The notes under the pieces were generated by a model that searched no databases, was not told where the DNA came from, and worked only from the letters and a program-made list of their open reading frames with translations. Below, one piece after another: positions 15,276 through 27,779 of a stretch of 64,000 nt of DNA (positions within the stretch are counted from its first letter, which is position 1; each line of letters begins with the position of its first letter). A program made the position numbers and the translations under genes. This DNA comes from the human T2T-CHM13v2.0 reference genome, Homo sapiens: NCBI RefSeq assembly GCF_009914755.1, contig NC_060926.1. One strand, written 5' to 3'.

Positions 15276-15510
15276 CTATCTCAGCCAACAGGACTTCTGC
15301 AGTATGTCTGTGAGCTGTCCCTTGATATACAAGGCCAATGCCAACCACTGCAGCCACTTGGACATTGTGAGGAACATCCAGCTCTGTGGACGTTGGGGGT
15401 AAGAGAGCAGGAATGTGAATGCTAAGAAGCCGAGTAATAGACATATCCATGGTGCCTAGTTTTGCAGCAGAAACACCAAGTAGCAGTCCAATGCTTGTCA
15501 TTTCATGGCC
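15276..15510 (-). CDS. ANAPC1: ANAPC1 exon 29 (GHEMTSIGLL...VLLAEI), PC-repeat region
   Basis: Overlaps ORF 15220..15501; tcttag| acceptor, |gtatgg donor; 235 nt. Confidence 0.95.
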
Positions 15511-15964
15511 CTAAGATAGAAACAAAACAAATACATAGTTTAAAATAAAATACTGCCTGCCACTTTCAAGAAGTACTTTTATGTTGACAGGCAAGGTGAG
15601 AGGCACTGAGAATACAGCAGTAAACTAAACAAACATGGTCCTTGCTCTCATGGACCTAATGACTTAATAGGAAAAAAAGTGTTAAATTAAAAAACATAAA
15701 CAAATATATTATTAAAAAGTAGTACAATAAGAAAGTACAAAGTATTATGAAAGAGTATTTTAAAATAGCTTAATTTAGATTGGGAGGGACTAGAGGATTA
15801 TTAGGGATGAAATCTCTAAAGATTATACAAAGAAATTTATATTAGGACCTGAAGGATGAAAACAAATTAGCCAGGAACAGTGGCAGGAAAGAGGACACTC
15901 AAGTTTAGAAGGTGAGGAAGACTGTTTCAGGTGATAAAACAGCATGTAAATAAATGGCTCTGAG

Positions 15965-16845
15965 GCGATTCAGAAATAAACCCTCACATTAACATCAACT
16001 GACCACAAGGGTGCCAAGACAATTCAACAGGTAAAGGGCAGTCTTCAAAAAACAGTGCTGGGACAAGTGGAAGGACACATTCAAAAGAATGAGGCTGGAC
16101 TCAACACAATATAACAAGTGTTGGCAAAAATATGGAGAGATTGGAACTCTCATGTATTGCTGATGGGGTTGTATAATGGTGCAGTCATTATGGAAAACAG
16201 TTTACAGTTCCTCAAAAAGTTTAACAGAGTTACCATATAACCCAGCAATTCCACTCCTAAGTATGTACCACTACTTACCATTACTTCATTACTCTTGAGT
16301 AATGAAAACATACATCCGCACAAAAACATGTATACAAATGTTCATAGCAGTATTATTCGTAATAGCTAAAAAGTAGAAATAACCCAAATATTCATCAACT
16401 TATGAATAAAATGTACATTCATAAAATAAAACATTTATTCAACAATAAAAAGGAATGTATTGCTGATAGATGGTACAACATGGATGAACCCTAAAATTAT
16501 CAGGCTAAGTGAAAGAAGCCCATCCTAAAATACCATATTTTATATGACTCCGTTCACATGAAAGGTCCAGAAAAGGCAAACCCATAGACACGGAAAGTAG
16601 ATTAGTGGTTGGCAGGAAGTGAAGTGAAGGTGGGGGAGGGGTGAGGTAGAGGAATGGGGAGTCACCACTAGTGGGTACAAGGTTCCTTTATGGGGTGAAA
16701 AGATGTTCTAAAATTAACAGTGGTGATGGATGCACAACTCTGTGAATACACTAAAAACCACTGTACCACATACTTTAAACAGTGAATTGTATGGTATGTG
16801 AATTTTATATATTTATATAAATAAAGATTCCTTAAAAAAAAATAA
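15965..16845 (+). mobile_element. Old L1 (L1MB-like) 3' fragment inserted in an L2
   Basis: ttaccatataacccagcaattccactcctaag...aatgttcatagcag...ggtgatggatgcacaactctgtgaata, A-rich end. Confidence 0.8.
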
Positions 16846-17106
16846 CGCTGTGAAGTGAAAGAGTTTAGTTTGCCAGAGAGCTAAAATAGCCAATCTGTAT
16901 GGTTAGAGTGTGGGGGAGCAAGAAGAGTGGGGCTGGGTGCAGAGGCTCACGCCTATAATCCCAGCACTTTGGGAGGCTGAAGCGGGCAGATCACCTGAGA
17001 TCAGGAGTTCAAGACCAGCCTGGCCAACATGGTGAAACCCTGTTTCCATCAAAAATACAAAAATTACGCAGGTGTGGTAGTGTGCACCTGTAATCCCAGC
17101 TACTCA

Positions 17107-17244
<138 letters not shown>

Positions 17245-17913
17245 CTAGGGCTGGAGAAGTGAACAGGATCACACCAGCTCCTAGAATGTATATTAAGAGC
17301 AATGGTCGATCCCCCTTTGCCCTCTGGTGTTGGGAATGTTGGCCTTGTTCTAAACCAGTTTCCCTTCACAGAAGTTCGGCCATCATGTGGGATCAGAATA
17401 AGGTCCTGGGGCAACTAAAGGTATCTGGCCAAGGGTACATCCGAAGGACCCTACACCGGCCCCCAGTCCCCACCAGCCTGTTCAGGTGTCGGACAAAGAC
17501 TTCCAATCTTTCCTATCATGTTTTTCCTACTGCTCTTCTGAGAAATGTTACTTAGTTATGTGTCTCTTTGAGAAATTGCTTCTTTTCAGGGCAGGATGCT
17601 GGGTTATGCTTGATGAAGCTAAATAAACTGCCAGCCAGATGAGAATTATAGACAAATAATATGCAGGGACCCCCCCTGGATTCATCTTAGTCTTGAGCTC
17701 ATATAGAATTCAGAGAAATCAAAGGCAGTTGACAAGGAGGGTCAAGGCTGAGTGCAAGTGAACGCAACTACTCCTGCTGGCTTGATCCCCCCCTGGTCAT
17801 GAATGGTGGCTGCGCGCACATCCACGACCAAGGCAAGCCTGAGAGATGCCTTGGACTCTAGCACAGCAGAGGGAAAGACTAAGGATGCCTTTTTCTCCCC
17901 TCTCTCTTTCTAA

Positions 17914-19376
17914 ATGGGTAGCCTGCACTCCTCTCAAGTGCGAGACATTGGGACTCCTTTGATCCTCAGACTCTGAAGAAAAAATACCTGGTATTTATCA
18001 GTACCAAGGCTTGGCCCAGCTAGAAGTTGGAAGATGGGGAGACCTAGTCAGCTGGGGAAAATAACAACTATAATACTATCCTATAGCTAGATCTCTTCAA
18101 CCACAGAGAAGGAAAATGGTCCAAAATTCCATATGTATAGGCCTTTTTTGCCCTGCAGAATAACCGCAAGCTCTGTCAGCAATGTATAATAGACCTTGCA
18201 CTTATAGCAGTGATATCCAGCCAGACTTAATCCAGACAGAAGGGAAAAAACAGTCTGCCTCCTTAGAAGAGGAGACAGAGGCCCCTGCACCAGCCCAGGT
18301 CCCAGCTCCTCTTGGATCATCTCGTCCCCCTTATCCAGGCCCCCTTTTGAACCTCATCCTGTTAGAAGAGTTCGACCTGGATGCGCTCCAGCATCACTTC
18401 TTCCTTTACAGGAAATGCATAGTGAATATGGTCCTATCAAAGTACAAGTCCCCTTTTCTTTACAAGATTTGAGGCAGATAAAAAGAAATCTAGGACAATT
18501 GTGTCGACCTTGATAGGTATATTGAAGCCTTTCAGAACCTTAATCAAATGTCTGAGCTTTCATGGAAGGGTATCATGTTACTTCTCAACTAGACTCTTAG
18601 AGCTTCAGAGAAGCAGGCGGCTTTACAGGTCACTGAGACATTTGGAGATGAAATGTTTATCTTATTATGGCACCTACCAAAAGGGGGAAGAAATTAGGGA
18701 GCCCTTTCTGACAGCCAAGCAGGCAGCATCCACCAATAATCCTCAATGGGACTCAGACACTGCTCTAGGAAAGTGGCCGAGAAAACATTTTTAGGGATGC
18801 ACAGTGGAAGATCTGAAAACTAGAGGCAAATCTCTCAATTACATTAAGTTATCAACCATAAACCAAGGGTCTGAAGAGAACCCTTCTGTTTTCCTGGAAA
18901 AAACTGAGAGAGGCTTTAATTAAACACCCATCTCTCTCCTGACTCTATAAAAGGATAGTTAATTTTGAAAGACAAGTTTATAACCCAAGCAGCCCCAAAT
19001 ATTGGAAGAATGCTGCAAAAAGTTAGCTATTGCACCAGACAGTACTCTAAAGAAAATCCTGAAAGTCACCACCTTGGTCTTTTATAATCGGGACCATGAG
19101 GAAGCCCAAGAAAAAGGGAGAAAAGGAACGAGAAAAAGGCAGAGGCACTAATAGCTGCCATACAGGCATATAAACCTCTCGATCCCAGGGAGCTTCTCAT
19201 TCTATGACCGGCTGTTATCAGTGTGGGAGCACTAAAAGAGAGTCTGCCCCCGAAATCAGAAGCAGCCCCCACGGCCCTGTCCAATCTGTAAGGGAGACTA
19301 CTGGAAGACAAACTGCCTCCAGAAACATACGTCCCAAGGTTCAGAGCCGGCTTCTCAAATGGTCCAGCAGGACTGA
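17914..19376 (+). pseudogene. ERV gag remnant
   Basis: MG start; [13 protein letters not shown] matrix motif; zinc-knuckle remnants CYQCG (~19213) and CPICKGDYWKTNC (~19278); ends QQD-TGA like HERV-W-type gag; many stops and frameshifts. Confidence 0.85.
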
Positions 19377-20618
19377 TGGGTCCCAGGGCTCTCCTCCCCA
19401 GCTCTGACAGCCCAGGCTGCATTACCATCCAGGAGTCCCGGGTGAGTCTGGAGGTCAAAGGACTCAGAGGACAGACTTCCTACTCAACACCAGAGCAGCC
19501 ATTCCTGTTCTCCTCTCCATTCTGGGCCTCCCCTCCTCCCTTAGCACAACTGTGAGGGGCGTCTCAGGAAAGCCTCTGACTCGATATTTTTCTCAATCCC
19601 TTAGCTGTACCTAGGGAGACCTTTCGTTTACCTATGCCTTTTTAATCATACCTGAAAGCCCGACTCCTCTGAGGTAGGGATATTTTAGCTCACATGGGAA
19701 CCACCATCCTTATGGCTCCATTATGGCTCCAGGACAGACTCTTTGCCTCCCTCTGGTGGAGACTGATATTAATCCAGATGTTTGGGCAATTCAGGAAAAT
19801 ACTGGCTGAGCTACAACAGTCTCACCAGTCCAAATCCATCTCAGGGATCTCATCTCCTTCCCTAATTAAAGACAATATCCCCTAAAACCAGAAGCTAGGA
19901 AACAACTAGAAGCCATCATTAATAACCTAAGGATGCAGGGCCTTGTTAAACCCTGCGACAGTCCTTGTAATATCCTAATATTGGAAGTACAGAAAGAAAC
20001 CCAACAGGGAATGGAGACTGGTCCAGGATCTCCACCTCCTCAATGAGTAACTGGTGTAATTAACCAATTTACCCAGTGGTTCCCAATCCCTATACTTTGT
20101 TAACTTAGATACCTGAAGGAACTAAATGGTTTGCATTCTTGGAATTAAAAGATGCTTTTTTTCTGCATACCATTATACCCCAACTCCCAAAACTTGTTTG
20201 CATTCAGGGATCCCTCCAACCAGACTACCCAGCTAACCTGGATGGTGTTACCACAGGGATTCCAAGACAGCCTCCACCTGTTTGGGCAGGCAATCTCAAA
20301 AGATCTCTCTGAGTTCTTTCAAACTCAAGTTAGTCTTAATATGTAGATTACACTCTACTCTGTGCCCCAACTGAGGAAATTTCTCAGAAAAGCAATAAGG
20401 CTCTTCTTAATTTTCTAACTGACAGAGGACATAAAGTTTCAAAGTCCAAGGCTCAACTCCGTCAGACTTCAGTGAAGTACCTATGCCTGGTCTTGTCAGA
20501 AGGGACCAGGACACTGGGCGAGGAGAGAATTGGATCCATTTTCTCCTTCCTTCTCCCCAAGACCCTCAGCTAACTAAAGGGATTATCAGGCATTACTGGA
20601 TTCTGCAGCCTATGGATC
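19377..20618 (+). pseudogene. ERV protease and reverse transcriptase remnant, truncated before RNase H/integrase
   Basis: FLLNTRA (decayed DTGA), GRDIL, WRLVQDL, LELKDAFF, WMVLPQGFQDS, YVDY (decayed YVDD), GITGFCSLWI. Confidence 0.87.
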
Positions 20619-20769
20619 AGAAATCTAATTAAAAGCATTGCAATGCCTAATTATAACATATCTAATAATCTAGGGGGACATGCCCATGACAACCCTATTT
20701 TGCAAAATCCTGGAATAGAACAGTCCATTTTCAGAGGTTTTCTTCCTGTCCTTTCTAGGTGTCCCTAAT

Positions 20770-20960
20770 ATATGGGCATGGATTTTCCCCCTTTTAGTTC
20801 CTCTTTGTGTTCTCATTGTAATACTCATATTTGGTCCATGTGTACTTAACCTCCTTGTAAAATTTGTTTTTTCTCGCCTAGAGGCCATCAAACTCCAAGT
20901 GGTCATGCAAATGGAACCTCGGTTGATGGCTCTCTTTTACCAGGGGACACTTAGATAGGC
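20770..20960 (+). pseudogene. ERV env transmembrane anchor and cytoplasmic tail remnant
   Basis: WAWIFPLLVPLCVLIVILIFGPCVLNLLVKFVFSRLEAIKLQVVMQMEPR resembles the syncytin-1/HERV-W TM C-terminus. Confidence 0.85.
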
Positions 20961-21075
20961 CTCTAAGAGAGACCTGACTGCTGTTTCCCAAAACAACACC
21001 CTCTGTCAGCATGAAGCAGAACAGTCATCACCCCTATCCGAACAGCAGTTAGATATACCTCTTCAGAGCGGGGAT

Positions 21076-21466
21076 TGATGGCGGTAGGAGGCAGGTAAAT
21101 TCTCAGATGAAACTCAACCTTCAAGCCAAGGACAGTCGAAAGCCTGAAAACCAAGCTACAAGTTCTGGATAAATCCACGGACTAGAGAGCTCTCATTCCT
21201 GTTTGGCATGCTCTCTCCTGATTGGTCCTTATCCTTCACCTACCTTACATATACCTGCCCTTCCCCAGTTGGTCCTCTACACTATCGTGCCTATTTCTAA
21301 ATGGTGCTTTTTCAAGCATACCCACAGACCAATCAGCATGTACCTCCCCCATTTCAAGCCCATAAAAACCTCTAGACTCAGCCTCGTGGCTGGCAACCCA
21401 CCTTCGGGTCCCCTCTCGCTGTTGAGAGCTTTCTTGTCACTCATTAAATTCTACTCTGCCTTACTC
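21076..21466 (+). promoter_or_regulatory. 3' LTR U3-R (no U5)
   Basis: Purine tract AGAGCGGGGAT then TG start at 21076; CCAAT 21329-21333; TATA-like CATAAAA 21361-21367; ATTAAA 21443-21448; A20 at 21471-21490. Confidence 0.82.
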
Positions 21467-21693
21467 AAGGAAAAAAAAAAAAAAAAAAAAGCAATGGGAG
21501 ATCATTAATTAAATGGCTTTGACCAGGGAAGTGACATACTCTGATTTATGCTTTAGAAAGATTATTCCATGTACTATGAGACAAATGGACTTAGAAGTAC
21601 AAGAATGAAGAAAGAAGAGCAAATAGAGCAATTAGGAGCTACTACAATAGCCAGCCAAGGCACAAAGCCAGGCACTGGGAGCACAGGTCTCAC

Positions 21694-21965
21694 CTTGGTC
21701 AAGTAGTCATGGATATTGAGAGTCGCCAGCTTGGTAAGGTGCCCATTCAAACCCAGAGCCATGAGAAAGCCAGCATACTCATTGGCCAACTCAGCATGCT
21801 TGGGCTTATTGTAAACAATCCAAGCTGAGTCGATCTGGGAGGCAGGAGCTATCTTCAGGCCAGCAGCCACACCATTATGAAAGCTGGCCCAGCTTGTCAT
21901 GTTGGGAGGCACATCGATGTTTCCACTATTAAGGTCTACTGTTGTGTTCCGAGGAGGGGCACGCC
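21694..21965 (-). CDS. ANAPC1: ANAPC1 exon 28 (GRAPPRNTTV...IHDYLTK)
   Basis: Overlaps ORF 21574..21912; ggatag| acceptor, |gtgaga donor; 272 nt. Confidence 0.95.
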
Positions 21966-22406
21966 CTATCCAGCCAAACGAAGAACATTGAGAGAATAAA
22001 AATCCACAAAACCAAGATTGTTAAATTTAGATCTTTGAGACTAAGATTACTTACGTTTTCTACATTCAAAACCATTAACCCCATAATGCCTGGAACGTTA
22101 GGTCTCTATGACCACTTAAAACTTTTGTACATGTGAGTCAAACTTAATGGAACTGGAAAAACCTTCACTGTCTAAACAGTTCATTGTCCTTTTTGTTAAA
22201 ATGTATGAGGCTATATAATGAGATAACTGATACCAATTTAACATTATACAGAGATGACTGGGATAATCACTCATTTTTTCTTTCAAACAGAGAGCTTAAA
22301 AACCAAAATGAAGACTAACATCACTGTTAAACTATACAAGTTATAAATCCCAACATCTGATGACACTGATGTTAATTTCAAATGTTCTATCCTATATTTT
22401 CCCCTA

Positions 22407-22619
<213 letters not shown>

Positions 22620-25169
22620 TTAATAAATCTGCTACAGGTCTTACCTATATATGCCCCCTTCTCTCTCTTTTTTTCTCTCTCTCTCTATATATACATACAG
22701 ATATAGATATCTAATTATATGCTATCGTTTAAAATGCTTAGAGATAGTTTTGTAAAAAGCATCCTTTTATAGACTTGAGTCACCCAGTGAACTTCAAAAG
22801 GGCATTCACCAGATTATACTTTTACGGTCCATTTATTTAAGAACAATGTAAATTATATGTTCACAATGCTATATGTTCCCTACGAATTTTTTCTTGATTC
22901 TTTTCTTTTTGATCTACATTATACACAGCAAACATTGAATCTTTTTAAATATATTTTGAATATTGTCTTAAGTCACGGATAAAATAATTAACATAAATAT
23001 TTTAATTACTGCATAAAGTTATCCATTTCACTGCAGCTTTAAAAATACCATTTTTAAAGAGTTCTAAGATGTTATGTAAAATAAATTTTAAGTAGATGCA
23101 AAGTGTCTTATTTGTAGCATGTACACATACACACACAAAGCACAAAGTAAGACTTATTTGTCTTTACTATATGCTTTTTGTACCTAAAAGCTAACTCAAC
23201 TGCTAGTGTTAGCACCACAATGAGTAATAAGTTCATAAGTTACACTTGTACTTTCTCAAAAAAGGCAGACATATCAATATGAAAAAACTGAGTGACCTTT
23301 CTGAAACATTCATTCATCATATGCAAGAGACATAATATTTATACACGAGAGAAAATAAAATGCAAAGGGTAAGGTAAATTTTCTTCAATGAGAATAACAA
23401 CATACAAAAGTACAACAGGCCACATCAGTGTGGGTTAAGCAACTATTTAAGAAAATATTCTTTCCTAAATTAAGAGGATAACCTTTCTTTTTGGCCTACC
23501 AGAATGACTAAAAGAATAAAATGTTGGATTAATGTCATAAACACATTTTAAATCATGCAAATTCAATTAAATGTATTCAGAAAAAAAGATGCATGTATAT
23601 ATTTTTTAAACCCACCCAAGTATCACTTGAGTGCTAAATCACCCAGATTGAATACATTTTAACATTTGCCAATTTTGCATTAGATTTTCTTTTTAATCTG
23701 CACTTATTATATGAAATCTTTCATATAAACAGTTGGAAAGACTACTAAAATGAACATCTATATACCATGCCTTCCATCAAGAATCAATAATTGTTAAAAT
23801 TTTGCCATAGGTGCTTTACCTCTGAGACAATTTAAATATTAAAAGCAACTCTGCTCACTATGTCCCTCAGTGAGATCAGGGCTCAGAATAAGCATGATAT
23901 GGAGATGGGAATGTGTTCTTTCACTTAGTCAATCTCATTTCCTGCATGCTGCTCAAAGCACAAGCTTTTCACAAATCTGAGTGGAACTCTGGATTTTTTA
24001 AAGTATGCAATTTAAAATACTGTATAATTATGTTTGCATATATTATGTACTATTTATCATATATTAAATTATACATTATATGCTACCACATATACTATAC
24101 ACTCCTACAACATACATTATACATACATTTTGTATAGGTTTCACAAAACCATATATACTATAATAGAGTTTCAGTGATAATTTCAACTATGTAATTGTCA
24201 CCTTTAGAACACATTCAAATCAGCATTAGGGGGACATGCACTATAAAATTCATTGTAATCAAGACTATAACTACAGTTATATATGGCAGAAATAAAAACT
24301 TGTGCCAGCCAGAAAGGCAATTTGACATGTTCCTTAAAACCATTCATCTTGCTGTCCTAAGAGTTCTACTTCTAAGCATTTAGCCTAAATACACAGGACG
24401 AATACGCCCCAACAATGTTTATAATACCAAAAAACTGTAATTTCCAACAATACCAGGCTGCTTCTATAAACTATGGTATATCCGCTGAATGAAATACTCT
24501 GAAGCAAATAAAAATGAATGTATTGATTAAAAACACGTGTATACAATACATACACATAATTATAAACACATACATTTATTTGCTAGATATAAAAGGATGT
24601 TCACTGTAAATTTTTAAAAAAATCTAAAATAGATATAAATTTTCTGATAATTAAACAAATATAAAATTATAAATATGTGGAAATAAACTTAGTAAACATA
24701 TATACTAAAATGTTAAAAGGAGTGATGCAGAAGAGTGGGAGTACTGCAAGCGACCATTGTTTCTCTTTTTGCTTAGTACATTTCTTGATTTATACAATGA
24801 TCATCTGTTTAAACTATGACGTAAGACATTTTAAAACTAAATATTTTTACATATTAAACTTAAGATTATTTAAAATTCAAGTCTCATCGTTATCAATAAT
24901 ATCTTTCTGAACTTCTCCAAGTGACTTTTTAGATCTTAAAATCACCTCATTAAAAAGCAAAAATGAGTAATGAACTATATTCTGCTTCTCTCAAAGTTTA
25001 GTTTCACATGGCATTTGAGCTTTGATAACCACTACAGCAGCTATTAGGAAAATTTTAAATCACTGGGGATAGAGGGAGCGTTTCTTTTGTTTTAACTAAT
25101 TTAAAGAACTACACTTAATGCATGTACTTAATCATTTTCCTTTCTCATTGAGCCCAGAATTTAACATAC

Positions 25170-25288
25170 CAGTCAGATTCAATTTAGGAATAGGCAATGG
25201 CTCTGTTGGAACAGGATGGTACGAAAACAAGGTAAACATTCCTCGTCCTACAGGAAGAGCCATAGTTCGCTGACACAATTGGAGCAAT
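25170..25288 (-). CDS. ANAPC1: ANAPC1 exon 27 (LLQLCQRTMA...IPKLNLT)
   Basis: aattacag| acceptor, |gtatgt donor; 119 nt. Confidence 0.95.
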
Positions 25289-26539
25289 CTGTAATTAAAG
25301 TAAAAACCAACATATGAAAATGTTTAAAGCAAAGAGCAATTGAAATATCATCTGTAAGTATTTCAAAAGAAGGTGTACTGTATAAGATGAAGTTGTCTCA
25401 AAGTAAATTCATACACAGATGTGAGTGAACTACCCAAACATGATTATTTTCATTTTAATATTCTTGTTCCTATTACACTCTTAGGGAGAGACATATTTCC
25501 TCTGTTTTGTTTCATATTTACATTGAATGAAAACCACCTGGCCTATAAACCCAGCCGACTCTCTCTAGGCATTCAAAAAAAAAAAGAAATTTAAAATTCC
25601 ACTCCGATGGATGCTAACCTTCTCAAAGGAAAATACAGTACTTTTGGGGTTTTTATCACTGTGTTAATTTCAGTCTAGCTGTCCTCAGTACATGTGGGAT
25701 CCTCCTCCCATCCCTTTTGCCAATACAGCCTCAGAAGTACCATTTCTGTGGCCTGTACACAAGAAAAGAAACAAGGTCCTTGTGTTAGAGGTGAATGGAT
25801 TTCATGGTGTCTCCAAGGGAAATACAGATTGGTTTCACTTACATGATGGCTAGATTTATAGGACTAATACCATTATGTATCAGGTATGTTCAAGGTTAAA
25901 ATGGTTTCTGTTGGCTCTACTGTGAAATTAATACACCACTCTTCAACTTCTTCCTATGTTAAAATAGCTTAACATTCCATATAGCCACTTAAAAAAAACT
26001 AACAGAAATTTTGGAAGTAGGGCATTTATAACTAAGAAACGCCTATACAAGCTATATCTGAAGACACAGAAATATCCCTTCAGAGGCTGACAACTGACAA
26101 ACATTTTCTCTGCAGACAAAGCTATTCATAAGCATACTCCCTCCTTAACTGGACACACATAACTGCTTTTCTAGCTAACTGGAAAGAAAAATTTTGCTGT
26201 CTTAAAGATTCTCTGGGAACACAACCGCAACATTAATTTGGGATCAGGAAAATTCAAAGCCAAGAGGCTGTTGCAACCCATAGAATTTTTTTAGAGGAAA
26301 TCTTACACATAATTCACTTCAACTTTGCGCAAGTAACAAAATTATAATGAGAACAATATTATATCCCCTGAATATAAGATGCCACTGATAAGATGTATCA
26401 TTATTTCATGAGAAACTAAGAAAGAAAAAGCACTGCCAATTAAACTATGACACCTGTTCACTGAAATACACAACTGATTTCAGAGATATTAAAAAGTGAA
26501 AAAACTTGCATCTTAGAATCAATGAACTCTACTACTAAT

Positions 26540-26760
26540 AATGGCTGACTGCACTGAGCTTTACTATGTATTGAGCAGTATTCTAAGTGCTATGTAAAAA
26601 TAATTCACTTGATACACAGCACCATCCCATGAAGTATGCCTACTTTTACAAATGAAGCAACTGAGGCAACAAGAGGTAAAGTAATTTAACCAAAGTCACC
26701 CAGCACAGCATGGCTATGCCTGGCTCTAGAGGCCATGCTCATAAATCCTATGCTCTAAAC
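26540..26760. mobile_element. MIR
   Basis: ttttacaaatgaagcaactgaggcaacaagaggtaaagtaatttaaccaaagtcacccagc. Confidence 0.7.
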
Positions 26761-27564
26761 TCAACTTCTGTCACTCCATCTTTTTATTCACAGGTGACTA
26801 ATAACTGGGTACATGTGGAGAGGAAACAGTTAATAGGGAAATCACAACTAATTCAGATCTTCAGCAGCCTGTGGCTAAGTGTGGGTGATGGTTCCCCTCA
26901 AAACAGTACCATAAAAAAAGTAAAGAGAACTAGAAAACAGTGGCAGATGAATGATAGATGATAGAGACAAGCAGATAAAAGAACAGGAGAGAATTTTAAA
27001 ACAGAAGTGTCCCAAGAGAATAGCTCTGGAATGTCATAGGCATGTGAGTCTTATAATGTATCAAGGGATGTATCCTGTGCAGGGGAGTGGCAGAAGAAAG
27101 GCTTATCTATTTTTATTTGGAGTATCATCTATCATATCCAAAAAAAAAAAATACTCATACAAGTTTAAACTACACTAAAAACCCCACTAACCTCAAAATC
27201 TATTCCTGATCAAGACACAGAAAAACAAGTCCAGTGTTTTCTTTGTAAATTCTTAAGGTAACTATCAGGCAAAATAGTTTTACATTCACCTTTTCTAAAG
27301 AGTAAAGTGTTATATGTATTTCAAGAGGAGGACGATATGAAATACAACAATTACGTCCTCAAAAGCCAAAGACATTTTGCTAACACACGTGGTTTGTTGA
27401 AGTTGGATGAAAACTTAAAACACAGGGCATATTTTCACTTGAAAGTATCTTTTAAATCTCTTTAGGGTTTTAAATGCTAAAAACTTGAAGGAAAAACAAA
27501 TATACACAAGACACAAATGTAACAATGAAACATGACAAGAGACAGTGCACGTGTTTTCTTTCAC

Positions 27565-27779
27565 CTGTTTTCCTTTTCCTCGATGAACTCGTGGTCACTG
27601 AGCTCTGGGTACTGCACTACGTTGACACGGACAGGATGCGCACTCTGAAGAAGCCTTCGCACATCCTGCACCCTTAAATCTTCACTCCATATTAATGACA
27701 TGACCTCGTGATTCATGTCATTCATGCCGTCATCTTCCTCCTCAGTTTCTGTTCCTGAAGGAACATCTGATGAGAGCAC
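27565..27779 (-). CDS. ANAPC1: ANAPC1 exon 26 (VLSSDVPSGT...FIEEKENR)
   Basis: Within ORF 27561..27842; ttactcag| acceptor, |gtgaaa donor; 215 nt. Confidence 0.95.

Larger units (their letters stand above)
17306..21490 (+). mobile_element. Class I (ERV1) endogenous retrovirus, processed/polyadenylated retrocopy, antisense to ANAPC1; HERV-W/HERV9-related coding remnants, LTR of MER52/LTR27/HUERS-like type (subfamily uncertain)
   Basis: Leader-gag-pro-RT-env tail-PPT-U3R-poly(A); no 5' LTR, PBS or U5 seen; TSD AAGAGCAATGG (17295-17305) / AAAAGCAATGG (21487-21497). Confidence 0.88.

Noticed and set aside
19066-19458. 130-aa minus-strand ORF inside the ERV
   Set aside because: Antisense shadow of GC-richer gag sequence; no independent support.
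17914-20960. Functional or domesticated retroviral gene (gag, pol or syncytin-like env)
   Set aside because: Protease DTG is decayed to NTR and RT YVDD to YVDY, with numerous stops and frameshifts; env is reduced to the TM anchor.
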